Shown: positions 48,053 through 59,110 of the stretch, one piece after another
Numbering within the stretch: the first letter of the stretch is position 1
Layout: the number at the start of each line of letters is the position of its first letter
Assembly: GCA_000091205.1 (NCBI GenBank)
Contig: AP006487.2
Strand: one strand, 5' to 3'
Origin: Cyanidioschyzon merolae
Lineage: Eukaryota
Length of the DNA: 64,000 nucleotides
The notes under the pieces: model-generated
Databases searched by the model: none
The model's input: the letters and a program-made list of their open reading frames with translations, nothing else
Told to the model about the DNA's origin: nothing
Made by a program: the position numbers and the translations under genes

Positions 48053-50173
48053 ATGCACTGGATGTTTTGCTTTAGCTGAGGATGCTTGCGAACGCAGGTA
48101 GCAATGCTTGTCCGTGTTCACTGGTGCTTGCCGTTGGGTATGCGTACCTTCATAGATGCCTGGGTTCATTTCAGGTTTCAGTGGATGAAAAAGGATTTGT
48201 ATCTTTGTTGACAGATGCTTGCGCTTGCGTATGCACACAGTCGTAGATGCGTCGGTACGTTTATTCGCCTGTGGTTGGATTGCGTAAGTTCGCATGTCCA
48301 GTGATGTACTTGTTATAGATGACGAGTGTGACTGCCCTGTTTGGGCATATGGGCCATTGCAATGATAGGCCTGAGGACCGATACTAACCAGAGCTGGTCG
48401 ACTAGATCGGTTCATATCCCAGAAGCAAGGCTTACGCACGGACACGGCATCGTTGTCGATGAACGGTCACTTGCTTCCGAAGCATTGGCGTGGGAGCATT
48501 CGCACCGAAGCGCACTGGGCATGCTCAGTTGCTTGGAGAGGCGTTTGATCTGTGCACCTATTCGGCTCTTTGAGCAACGTTGCTATCTTGCATACAAATC
48601 GGGTCTGAGACCATCTCAAGAAGCACCATGTAGCATCTAGGCTGAAGATGAGAGAAAGGCTTCACTGAGCGCTCCTCATGCGGTACGCCGCGTACATGCA
48701 ACACCTGTATTCCACGTCTGCAAGAGATGACTTTAACGGAACGGGTTCGGGTTGAGCAAGGCATGTAGATGCAGACAAAGTGCCTCTGGCACTTGATGCA
48801 GGTTCGCGTGCACCGTTCTTTATACCCGAGCGGATCTTGCGTGCTTCGAAAAGTGCTGATAGCGGCTACCCAATGAAGAGAAACGTTCATGCTCACAGTC
48901 GATGACACCAATGGAGCGACTTTTGCCGTTTTCAGTGTCACGGCTACCGTCCGATCGCTCCTGGATCGTGACTAGAATGCGTTGTTTTGTGAATATCGGA
49001 TCCGAGACGAGCCGCATCTGTGGTGCAGTGGTGCAGGGCAGTGAATATCATCGTGTACTCGTGCGCGTCAGCTGTCGAGACAGCGGCATTGATGACGCTA
49101 TTGAAGAGGCATTTATCCGATGCCAGCCAGTGCATTCAAGCTGCTGGATTTGAGCACTGCGGAGTCCTCGTCGCTACCATCATTCCCGTCTGAGCCCTGT
49201 CTTGGCACGCAGTGAACACGCGTCGTGCTCTTGTATAAACGCACCAGCGCATGGACCAGAGCACGAATAAACGCTCTTCGTTCACATCCGAGTCGTGCCT
49301 GTGAATGTACAGTGCACTCAGGCGGTGCTCTCGTGGCGCACGATTCACTCCCGGTGCGCTGTTGTCGTTCATGCGACGAGTGCGGGCGAGCGTGCAGACA
49401 TCGCTCTGCGCTGGGGTTGTGCAGGGCACTGACCTGGATCAGGAACGCTTGACGCTAGATTGCTCGGAAGCACAGCGCAGCCTCGAACGAGCAAATCGAT
49501 AAGGATGCTTCGAGCGCGACGGTCAACTCGTCTCGATCTGGTTATGCGAGCCGTCGGGGATACAGCTCGCGTGCTCATGTAAGCGATACTATCCAGATCG
49601 TCTTTTCTCCAGCTGGGGAGCCGCTGGTATCATGCACCACAGTCTGAGCGCGGGCTCAAACACGTCTGTGTATTGCTCTGCCCCAGGGTTACGCTCTGTG
49701 CAATTCGATCCCATGCGATGCAGTACCAAAGACGACTAGCATGCGAAAGTACGCTGAGGCTGGAATCTATTCGTATCACGCCTGGACGCTGCTGCCCGTC
49801 GCTCTGCCCAGCGGAAAGCGCAGCATTCGACGATACGCTCGACGATCTCCGGATCGTGGCCCGTGCAACGTACAGCGCGTAGCGGCTGTGCGGCTTTTCT
49901 CAAGGGTATGGATCGCTGCACGGTGATGAGAGCAACAGCGCCTTCACAGTTTGACAGAGTCAAATCCAGACAGTGCTGACGGTAATTTGCGTCTGAGGCA
50001 GCGATCAAACACCAAGGCTCGCCACACTACCGCTAAAGCTGAGGTCGGTGAGCCGTATCCGCATCAGGGCAACGATGCGTTCGAGTGGGTGTCCAACGGA
50101 CCCCCGTATCACCGACCACTAGCCTGAAACGTGTACGTCAATCAGTAGGGCCATATTATGCCTAAAGCTGTGC

Positions 50174-51802
50174 CTATTTCGATCTGGTATCACGTCCGGC
50201 CTTGAGCAATTCATCGACGAGCAGAAGTTGTGTGGTGATTGTCGAGGCCAAACTAAGCGCGTGCCGTTTCGGCCGGCAGCAATCAACGATGCCGCGTCCG
50301 AGCGGCTCTACCAGTTCACCAGAGTGCGCATCCAGACCCACCGTTCGCCCGGCTTCGTGGGCCTCGATCATCTGCAGGACGGTTTCCTGTGCGTCTAGGC
50401 CGGAATTCTCGGCGAGCGTCTTTGGAATCACCAAAAGCGCATCGGCAAAGGTCTGGACACCGAGGCGTGCTCGACCCTGGACAGTTTTGCTGTACGCTTG
50501 GAGGTGCTGATACGCTGCACACTCGAACGCCCCACCTCCGGGTACGACATAGGCGTCATCCAGGAAATGCCGGGCAGTATGAAGGCCGTCCCGCACGGCA
50601 TCCTTCAGTTGTTGCAGCGTTTGCTTGTCGGAGCCCCGCAGCACGAGCGTGCAGCTGCGCGCTGTCGGGGGCGCCTCCACGAAGGTATATTTGTCCTCTC
50701 CATGGGTTTCTTCAAAGACTCGTACCGCTTTTCCCAGCACCGATGGATTGAGGTCATCCAGGGAATTCACAGCCGTACCGCCACACGCAAGAACGAGGCG
50801 TTCCATGTTGCGGCGCTTTGCCCGCCGCAGCGCCATGATTCCTTCGCGTGCTAGCATCTCCAGTGCATCCGGCGAGATGCCCTTTTGATTGACGATCAGG
50901 AATCCCGCTTTCGTGCCTACCTCATCACAGACTTGGCGCTTCAGACGCAAAATTTTTTCAACTTGATGAGCAACAGCCTCGCGCTCGGCCTGTGCGAGTC
51001 GCTCTCTCTGCCCTGCACTAGAGTAGAAGAACCCGCCACCTAGCTCGGGTTTCTCGTACTCGAGCGAGACATTGCAGGTGAGCACGTACGCGTTCTCCAG
51101 ATCCTTTGGCATATCCGGGTGCCGCGTGCCATGATCTAGAACCAGACCTCGCACCAAGCTCGAGTGCATCGCTGTGCGCGACTCTATTGTCATTATTTCC
51201 ACCATGAAGAGATCGATAGGTTCGTTATCGTGATGCACGATCAGCGCTGCATCGGCAACGAGGTCAGAAATATGCGCTACCAAAGCGTCATCTGAGAGCT
51301 TCGTCGCGAGCGCACAGCGAACGGCCCGTCCGAGCTGTTCGCGGTCGTTGCGATCAACGGCGATCTGTACACTGGGAATAAAGCTTCGGAGCAGCTCGGT
51401 CCGGGCCAACTCAATCCCGTCCACGAGGTGCCGCGGGTGAATACCGTCCACGAGCGGTCGTTCCGCCTGGCGTAGGATCTCACCAACCAGCAGCACGACA
51501 CTAGTGGTACCATCACCGCACTCGTCGTCCTGCGCAGTCGCGGCCCTTGCGATGATCTTGGCTGTAGGATGAATGATCTCCATGTTATGAAGCAGCACCG
51601 CGCCGTCCTTGGTAAGTTTGAGCTCCCCGCTACCGCTCACGAGCAGCTTCAGGGTGCCACGCGGCCCCAGGTTCGATCGCAGGATATCCTCGAGCCCGCC
51701 CGCCGCAGTGATGCTTGCGTGCAACGCCAAGCCACGACGGGAGACCTCAGCGTGGGGATTCAAAAACTTGACAGCTGGGGCAGCGCTCATTGCAGGCAAC
51801 AC
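50174..51802 (-). CDS. CCT6: T-complex protein 1 (CCT/TRiC) subunit zeta
   Basis: LNPHAEV....AL..NI.AA.GL.D.LR.NLGPRGT.K.LVSG.G..KLTKDG.VLL..M.I.HPTA..IA.AA.AQDD..GDGTTS.VLL.GE.L is collinear with CCT-zeta. Full-length group II chaperonin. Confidence 0.9.
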   Translation of the reverse strand: MLPAMSAAPAVKFLNPHAEVSRRGLALHASITAAGGLEDILRSNLGPRGTLKLLVSGSGELKLTKDGAVLLHNMEIIHPTAKIIARAATAQDDECGDGTTSVVLLVGEILRQAERPLVDGIHPRHLVDGIELARTELLRSFIPSVQIAVDRNDREQLGRAVRCALATKLSDDALVAHISDLVADAALIVHHDNEPIDLFMVEIMTIESRTAMHSSLVRGLVLDHGTRHPDMPKDLENAYVLTCNVSLEYEKPELGGGFFYSSAGQRERLAQAEREAVAHQVEKILRLKRQVCDEVGTKAGFLIVNQKGISPDALEMLAREGIMALRRAKRRNMERLVLACGGTAVNSLDDLNPSVLGKAVRVFEETHGEDKYTFVEAPPTARSCTLVLRGSDKQTLQQLKDAVRDGLHTARHFLDDAYVVPGGGAFECAAYQHLQAYSKTVQGRARLGVQTFADALLVIPKTLAENSGLDAQETVLQMIEAHEAGRTVGLDAHSGELVEPLGRGIVDCCRPKRHALSLASTITTQLLLVDELLKAGRDTRSK

Positions 51803-52850
51803 TTAGCAGGCACGTAAACGCAGAAGCGTTTGCACTGGTGCTTCGAAAAAGTGCGCAGCGCTGCGGCACCTCCGCGGCTTTCGACTCGCATCGCGTGACG
51901 CGCGTGACATGCGTGTCGCCCATCGATGCTTCTTTCGTGTTCGTTGCTGAGAACTCTAGAGCGCTACATCGATGGAATCTATGGAGCGCCTTTTATGATG
52001 CGATAAATGCGCTCGACCTGGAAAGCGACCACCATACGCTTACCGGTGTTCATAGGTTTCAGAATTTCTTGATTGGTCTTTTTGTGGGTCACAGCGTTGC
52101 AGCTGCCAATGATTGAGGGCTTTCTGTGTGCTTGCAGGCAGCGCAAGAGCGCAGCAGGCAGTCTGGCTAGCGTGTGCAGTGCGCACACTGTATCATCATC
52201 ATGGTCCACTTGTGTGGATCCGCTACGAAACAGCAAAAGGGCTCCGACACCCTGGTACGGAACGCGCGTCGTGATCGATCTAGAAGGAGATTACCGGCTG
52301 CTGCGTGATCCTTAGCACACGAGAAGCCTTCCGTGATATCAGGCAATGCGGCACCCGTACCTAAATGCGCGCCATTTGTTGTGCAATAGATGCAGTGATT
52401 GGAGCACAACGGTCACCGCAGAATCATCGTAAAGTAAAGGCTTTCAAAACGCGTACGCAATATGAAATCGATTCCTTCTATGCTTCAGTCTCTTCAGAAT
52501 GAAGCGGTTGCTGCCTTGCATCCTCATCGCCTATTCCTCATCGCAATGCTTTACAAAATATTACAAACAACTCACTTCGAGGACGTAGCAGGCACTTTCC
52601 AGAGCAATAGACAAGTCAACAGGTGCTTCCGCAACGTCTCAAGTCGAGTGCACTTTCGCGTACCTGAGACATCAGATTATGACGCTCAGCGCTCCGTCTT
52701 CGTTCGAGCGCGTCGATCAAACAGAAGCGGCGCGCAGTGCGCACCAGCGTTGAAGCGTCAGCTACAGGCTACCAGCGACCGGGAGCGAGAAACTCGGAAA
52801 CCGGGTGCTACAGCGTCGGTGCTCGGGAACGAGCCTGGTTATCCGCCGTC

Positions 52851-53531
52851 ATGGTAAGATCAAACCTGGGACTGCTTGCGAGCTGCGGTGCCGCGTACTG
52901 GAGACGACTGGCAACGAGCGCTGGGTCGGCGGCTTCCGCTGACGCCAACAGCGCAGTCGCCGCGACAAAGCAGTTGACGGGTGTTGCCGGTCGCTATGCG
53001 GGCTCGTTGCTGCGGGTCGCGATGAAGGCGAACCAACTGAACGAAGTCCACCGTGACGTTGACGCGCTCGAGCGTCTCCTGCGAGAGAATCCCCGGATCG
53101 AAGAGTTTCTTCGGGATCCGACGCGCTCGCAGGTAGCGAAGCAGCGTGCTCTCGAGAAGCTACTTGACGCCGCAGGTGTGCAAACAGTCTTTGTGCGCAG
53201 ACTTCTTGATCTACTTGCGGATAACCGGCGCTTGAGTCACGTGTCGCAGGTGCTGCATTCGTTCCAGTCTGTGATCGCTGCGCAGCGGGGCTCAACGCAG
53301 GCAGTCGTTACGAGTGCAGTGCCGCTCACCGAGTGGCAGCTGGCTCTTTTGCGCCAGCGGCTGCAGCGACGCTTTTATCCGGATATGCCGGATGCCCGTG
53401 TTGATCTGATCACAAGGATTGATCGGGACCTCATTGGAGGCTTCACCGTGCAGCTCGGCGACAAGTTCATGGACTTGAGCCTCAAGTCTGAGGTTCGTCG
53501 TCTCCGAGACGAGCTCGCACAGCAGGTATAG
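52851..53531 (+). CDS. ATP5O: ATP synthase OSCP (subunit O / delta), mitochondrial-type, with a presequence
   Basis: GRYA.AL..A...N.L..V..D.......L......F..P and a C-terminal ...IGGF.V..GD...D.S..S....L OSCP pattern. The start MVRSNLGLLASCGAAYWRRLATSA looks like a presequence. The six-frame ORF begins upstream at 52737. Confidence 0.7.
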   Translation: MVRSNLGLLASCGAAYWRRLATSAGSAASADANSAVAATKQLTGVAGRYAGSLLRVAMKANQLNEVHRDVDALERLLRENPRIEEFLRDPTRSQVAKQRALEKLLDAAGVQTVFVRRLLDLLADNRRLSHVSQVLHSFQSVIAAQRGSTQAVVTSAVPLTEWQLALLRQRLQRRFYPDMPDARVDLITRIDRDLIGGFTVQLGDKFMDLSLKSEVRRLRDELAQQV

Positions 53532-55591
53532 TGCCGATCGGTGTCCGCGAGGTTACGGACATGTGAGGTGCTTGAAACCTGAGGAGCTGTCGGAGGTTGT
53601 TTGTGTCAGAGCCTGACCTGCTCTCACTCTCTGTGCCCTAGCAGTGTTGAAGGAATGTTGTCGCACTTGCAAAGCAGCGCATGCTCGGGAGCAGGCTCGA
53701 GACCCTGGTGTATAACGATGGAATGCAGGGGCTCGGCGTTCCAGCAGTAGTTTGACGCAGCTCCAGACGCAGAAGGGTTATCCTTGTATTGTGTACGATC
53801 TGAACATCTGCAGTGGCACGCTCCGCGAGGTCCGTTGCAGAACTAGTCTCAATTTATGCTATTGAATAGCGTACGCGGACACGAAAGGATGTCTGGACCG
53901 TCATAGACGAGCAGCAACTCGCTGCTGGTGCAGTGCGGCCATGCTCTGATGGACGACTTGTGTTCGCCCTCGTGATCGACCGATCGATCGATGGATACTT
54001 GGCGTGCCCGTGGATGTATATCCGTAAAAGCCGTGCTCTAAGCGGCGTTCGCACAATAGAAAATGGGAATCCATAGGAACCGGCCGCACAAGTCGTGCGG
54101 AAGATGATGCGTTGGGAGCCATAGCGCTACACGCTTCTAGTCTATGGAAAAGCATGTCATGCAGTTCTGTAATCTGCTGCGCAATGTATCCGCATCAGTT
54201 GGGTTCTCTTAAGATCCTAAGTGTATGACGTTCCTCGTGTATGCGATACTTGGATGCGAGCATGATAGCAAACTCCAGGCTGGAGCTTGATGGATGAAAT
54301 GCGTATCCTGCGGCCCTCGGAGTTGTGCCTTTTGGATCGCGACATGTCCAGAGACGCGCACTTGCCATGTCACCTTGTTGCTCGTTTGACTGAGATGATA
54401 AGCAGCCGCTAGACTGCGACGCGAATCCGCATCATTGCAACGCCTTACAGGGGCGCGACAGCATCCCCGCTACGCAAAACTGTATCATGGTTGATGTCAG
54501 GCTATCTCAGGATGTGGCTCTCTGTACTTGGTATCCGACTCGACGCTAGAGTCGTGCTATGCAGCGGATCGCCTGAGGCCACAGGAGTACCGATTTGTCT
54601 GGTTACGAGGTAGGTAAACTGTCTGGCTTTCCGTGATAGAGGTATAAGGTCATTGGATAATGTGGATAAGCTGTGACATTTTGCGGTACCGTGCGAACAC
54701 TTTTGTTCAAGATTCTATGAAATCCTTGTCAAAGCTGCAGCTCGTCGTCGTGCTGCTTACTATGCTCATCGGTTGTCAAATCGCAGGTAGTTAGCAATGT
54801 GCTTCCAATGCACTTGTTTCTGGGCAGCTATTGGAATCATCAATGCGAGGCTATTCCTAACCAAAAAAGGAGGCAATGGCACACGTTTTGACGCAGTTCG
54901 AGTCAGCACATGGGAATCCTCGCTGGCGTCTCGGAAGCGCATGATTGGTTGAAAGAATGTATCGAGCGGTCCGCACGGATGAAGTAAGCGCCAGCTTTTC
55001 TCGCATAGAGAGCGGCTCTTACAAATTAGAGCCATTTTGAAACAAATTTGAATTGCTGTGTGCTCATGAAACTCTGACAAACGTACGAAATAAGATTTCA
55101 GAAGACCTAGCACCAGCTCCAGAACTGTACATTACAGTTCTCCACTCCAAAGCGCTCGCACCCAGGTATTCGCGCTCACTCGAGGCCTGCCAAAGCGCCA
55201 ACCGGGAACCTGGGCAAATCCCGGACAGCGCCTAGCTGCTGCCATGAACATTGCCCAACGTCACTCTACAGGCCGAAGCGATCGTGCCCTTGACTTTCAT
55301 AGATATCGAATTCATAATGACTGCAGCTGAAGCGCGCGTCGGGTACGAGAGCTTTTATGCAGTCTCGCCCGGACGCCGCACCGTACGACATACACCCGCG
55401 ACGCGATGTATGCCTCCATTCCCACCATTACAGGCTCTATTGCGTACACGCTCTTGCATCCCTTCACCGCTGCTGGCAAAGATGTGGTACACAATTGGAT
55501 AGCGCATCTTTCGTGGAAGCGCATCCGCAACTGCGGAAACGGTGCTGCCACATCGGTCGTTATGCGAGCCTACGCAATGAACCTAGTATAA

Positions 55592-56050
55592 TCATTCGTT
55601 GCTCGTGGCCAGCAGCAGGGTGTACATACGCGCCATCGACCAGAAGCCTCGTTTATCACCACAGCGCAGCAGGTTCCCAGCGTCGCAGTTCAGTGGAGAC
55701 GACGGCTCCGGCTCTGAGAGGAGCAGTTGAATCGCCCTCAGACACGACGCAAGGCTCCAGGCTGGCGACCACGCCGACTGCAGAATGTCAAGGCAAACTT
55801 CGCCGGTGCGGAAGTTGATGTTTGGGTGAAAAATTGGAGTCAGAAAGCGCACTGTCGGTGGCACGAGCGGGTACGCAGCCGGTAGTGTCAGCGCGACGCG
55901 AAAACAGCCTCCCTCGTAAGGTGTAGCGGCGGGTCCGCGCAGGTAGCCTTGCAGCCGGAGTGGGTTGCCTTCCTCGGGCTCCAGGCAGAAGTTTGTCGGG
56001 TCTTCGCGGAGCTCTCTAAGCTCTGTGAGCAGACGTTTCTGCAGAAGCAT
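55592..56050 (-). CDS. Ubiquitin-conjugating enzyme E2
   Basis: UBC fold with the active-site motif FHPNIN..TGEVCLDIL and a downstream W/P; 152 aa. Confidence 0.85.
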   Translation of the reverse strand: MLLQKRLLTELRELREDPTNFCLEPEEGNPLRLQGYLRGPAATPYEGGCFRVALTLPAAYPLVPPTVRFLTPIFHPNINFRTGEVCLDILQSAWSPAWSLASCLRAIQLLLSEPEPSSPLNCDAGNLLRCGDKRGFWSMARMYTLLLATSNE

Positions 56051-56284
56051 GGTGCAGTCCTAGGGTTCGCGTTGGGGTACGAAAAGCTGCAAGCGAGCAC
56101 TGCCTGGAGGTAGCGCGAACGCTAGAGTGACTCTCACCAGCGAACACACCTAGAGCGAAGGATGCAAGTATGCTTAGTGGCACCGAGTGCGCGGATAGTG
56201 ACGAAAACAAGTACAGCGCCTCAAGAGCGATACAGAGTGCACAGAACTGCGCCTTTAGCGAGTAGGATCTATGGAGGGCTTTGG

Positions 56285-56560
56285 TATTTCGGATGACGGC
56301 AGCGACAACAAACGCCTTTCCAGAAAAAAAACGCGCCCGCGAGTGGGGCAAAGTAGTGGCGAGAAACCCGCCCTAGACGAAACGTCTACAGCTGAGGTGC
56401 AGACGCCTCCCAACCGTTTTGGACCGGCCAACTACTACAGCTTGCAATTCTTTCTCATATAGGAACACTTTGAAAGGTTGTCCCACAAAATACCATCTTG
56501 TCCACTCTGGAGGTCTCCCTCCAGCATCGCACACCGTCTGATGTTGATGGCGGCGTTCAA
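56285..56560 (-). ncRNA. Conserved 3' segment of the Fanzor-like element (copy 2), a candidate omega-RNA scaffold; about 150 nt of it lie beyond the stop codon.
   Basis: Same conserved block as copies 1, 3 and 5. Read on the minus strand, ...ggcgtctgcacctcagctgtagacgtttcgtctaggg... contains the hairpin tagacg-ttt-cgtcta. Confidence 0.35.
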
Positions 56561-58663
56561 GTCTCGGTTCACAATCTCCATACGTTTCTTGCCGCCGCTA
56601 GTAGAACTGACCGATGCAAGCAATCCTCGAACTGTCGCCCTCCTTTCCATTTGCTCCTCCGTCAGCGGTCCGTACTTTTGTATATCCTCGGGGCTCCTCT
56701 GGCACTTTTCCATCTCGACTCTCTGAAGTGTACACCCTAGCTCATGGTGTGTTTACGATGTTCGGAACTCATCTACGGGTATCGTGACGAAACGCCTTGC
56801 GCACTCTTTGTATGTTCTTGTCGTTGGAGCTGGCGTAATCCCTTTTTGGGTCTTCCAGCGTCCTGCTCCGGATGCTAGTACAAGCCTCTGACTTTCATCC
56901 TCCTTCAAAGCGCTCAACTGACTGAAAAAGATGGCAAATGCCCGCGGTTTCCCACAGTATAGATTCATTCGCAGACGAGCCCACCGAGGCTTTGTATACG
57001 CTTCTCACAGCGCATCCCAGTCGGCAACACGAACTAGCATGAATTCCCGAAACGCTTAAAAGCCGGCTCCTCGGCTCGTCACCTCGCTCAAAGCTTCTAG
57101 GCGATCCTTCATTTCTGCAGTCCATGTCTTGATTTCCTTCCTTGCATTCATGATTGCCGATCCTCGAGAGTACCCCGCTCTAGACACTCAACAGACGCGT
57201 ATCTTTCTGACATAAGTTGCGGTCAGTACCATCTTCCGCACGCTTGGGTACTGCGTCGGTAACGATATATGTGTTTCCGGGGTCCGCGCCAACGACAAAG
57301 TCGTTCTCATGCACTTTCGGCGTCGAAGGATCCACCTCCTTCTCATCTTCTTGCATCATCGAGGACGGGACTGGACGCTATGGGTTGGACCACCGATCGT
57401 GTACACACATAGCCACTCCATCGGTTTCGATCATCCCAGTCAATGCCTTTCGTTTGTTAACTTTGAGACGTTTGAGATGGAAGACGTTCTTCCAGTACGT
57501 CTCCCGGTTTTGGCCAGTGAACTCTATCTTCCTTACATTGAACTCCGGACTGATCTCCTTCATGATGCCGTGAAGGATTCTGGAGTCGATAGTCACGAAA
57601 TGTGACTTGATATTGGACAATGGAACGACGGTGAAGCGCTTCCCCATTAGGACAGACTTCCGTCTCTCCCACTCTTCATTTGTCTCTTCACTCAGCTTCA
57701 TTTCTGCCTTGCGTTCGAGCTCTCGGTCCAGAAACACGAAATACCGCAGGATGAGGCGATAGTATCTTTCCTTATCGTTTTTCAACTCTGATATCTTTTC
57801 TGTTGGATTCGCCAGCCCCAGTACCGCACGATGCTCTTGTATAGCCGCGCGGATGACGGAATCCTCATCCGTGCTCCCATTTGACGCCTTCTTGTCGACG
57901 CATCCGATCTCATCTTTATGCTTACGATCCTTCGTGATGCCATTGATCATCGCCCCTTTTCCTTTGCGAGGGATGCCTGGGTAGAGTGCAAACACGGCGC
58001 GTTTCATGAACCGCTCGAGGTTCTCTTTCAAATGGTTCTTCAGGTTCGCAATGTACTTCATTGCCACGTACTTGTAGCTAGCCTGGTTACCCTTTTATCG
58101 ATTACCCTTTAAGCGGAATTCCGCGAAGTTTTCATGGAGAGCGTGGACTACCTCATTTTCCTTCCGCGCTTTCTCTGTACCAAGCTTCAGGTGACGAATA
58201 GAGGTCTAATCGAAGAACTCATCGGGAGGCTCGATTGTTTCCATGTGTGTCACGCCTCCGTACATCTCCTTCACCGGATTCATTTGTACTGACGACGCCT
58301 TTATCATACGCATGGTGTGCAACTCGACACGGTTTCTAATAGCGTTTCGCAATTTTCTCCGTAGGGATCCTTGATATGTTTAAGGAGGCAGGCTTTCACC
58401 ACCATATGGTCGTACAGTCGTCTTTCCTGCCGCCTCCGACTTGGGGCCGCTTTTTGCTTCATTTTCTCTTCCTTTTCTTCTGGACTCAGCACTTTTTGTT
58501 GTTCTTTCTGGCAGCCGGTGACCCTGGGCCTCCAGGATCGTCGACTTGCACTTGTACAACATTCCTTTTGATAGTTATTTTTTTGAAAAAGAATGCTCTC
58601 TAAACGCCCCTGATGCATACTGCAAAACAACACGTGAATGCACTTTCTTGAAGTTTTAAGCAC
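56435..58663 (-). pseudogene. Near-full-length Fanzor / TnpB-like RuvC nuclease gene (copy 2) interrupted by several in-frame stops and frameshifts. It is either a pseudogene or contains small unrecognised introns.
   Basis: Minus-strand translation gives a long N-terminal region (58663-57380); then Ruv[18 protein letters not shown] (about 57250-57300); then VTIPVDEFRTS, which matches the TnpB V-D-P-R-Y-T-S-Q zinc-finger lead (56753-56968); then RuvC-III RDLNAAINIRRC (56435-56713). The order and spacing are those of TnpB/Fanzor. Confidence 0.6.
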
Positions 58664-58699
58664 AAATGAACTGAAAAACTGTACTTTGCTACGTCTCTA

Positions 58700-59110
58700 A
58701 CGCAAATACAACTTGTATAGTAGAGCGGCACGCAAGTGATCAGGATCGCGTTTTCCTTCAACGGAGAGACGCATCGCGTCAGTCGGCTGCCTGATCACCA
58801 ACGTCCGCCCACCGAGCCCGATTCTATTTTTTCATGGACAAGACGTTTACTTAGGCCAGCGTTCTCCGATTATGTGCATTTTATTCTTCGTACTTTTTTT
58901 TGTGTGTTTTTTCAGTGCGCAGTTCGGTATCCATCAACCCCCTACCTCCATGATACATTATCTATACATCCTCTCGGATATTCCGGTCGTTTCGTACGCC
59001 CTATCGTGTGCGCCAACTGCCTGCCAAAACCGACAGCAATGGCGCTCATAGCGCCGGTGCGGCCGCTGCACGTAGGCGGAACGGCGTTGCCGTACCACAG
59101 AGGGCGGCGG
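58700..59110 (-). mobile_element. Short degenerate Fanzor-derived element (copy 4). It abuts the 5' end of copy 2 and lies about 290 bp upstream of the PT-Hint gene.
   Basis: 58830-59110 is highly similar to 44590-44900 (ORFs 58736-59233 and 44369-44764 share ...RLLRPAFSDY.HF....FF.VFFQCAV.YPSTPYLH.TL...LGYSGRFVRPIVCA). Its 3' part, 58715-58830, is a deleted version of 44369-44590. Confidence 0.4.
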
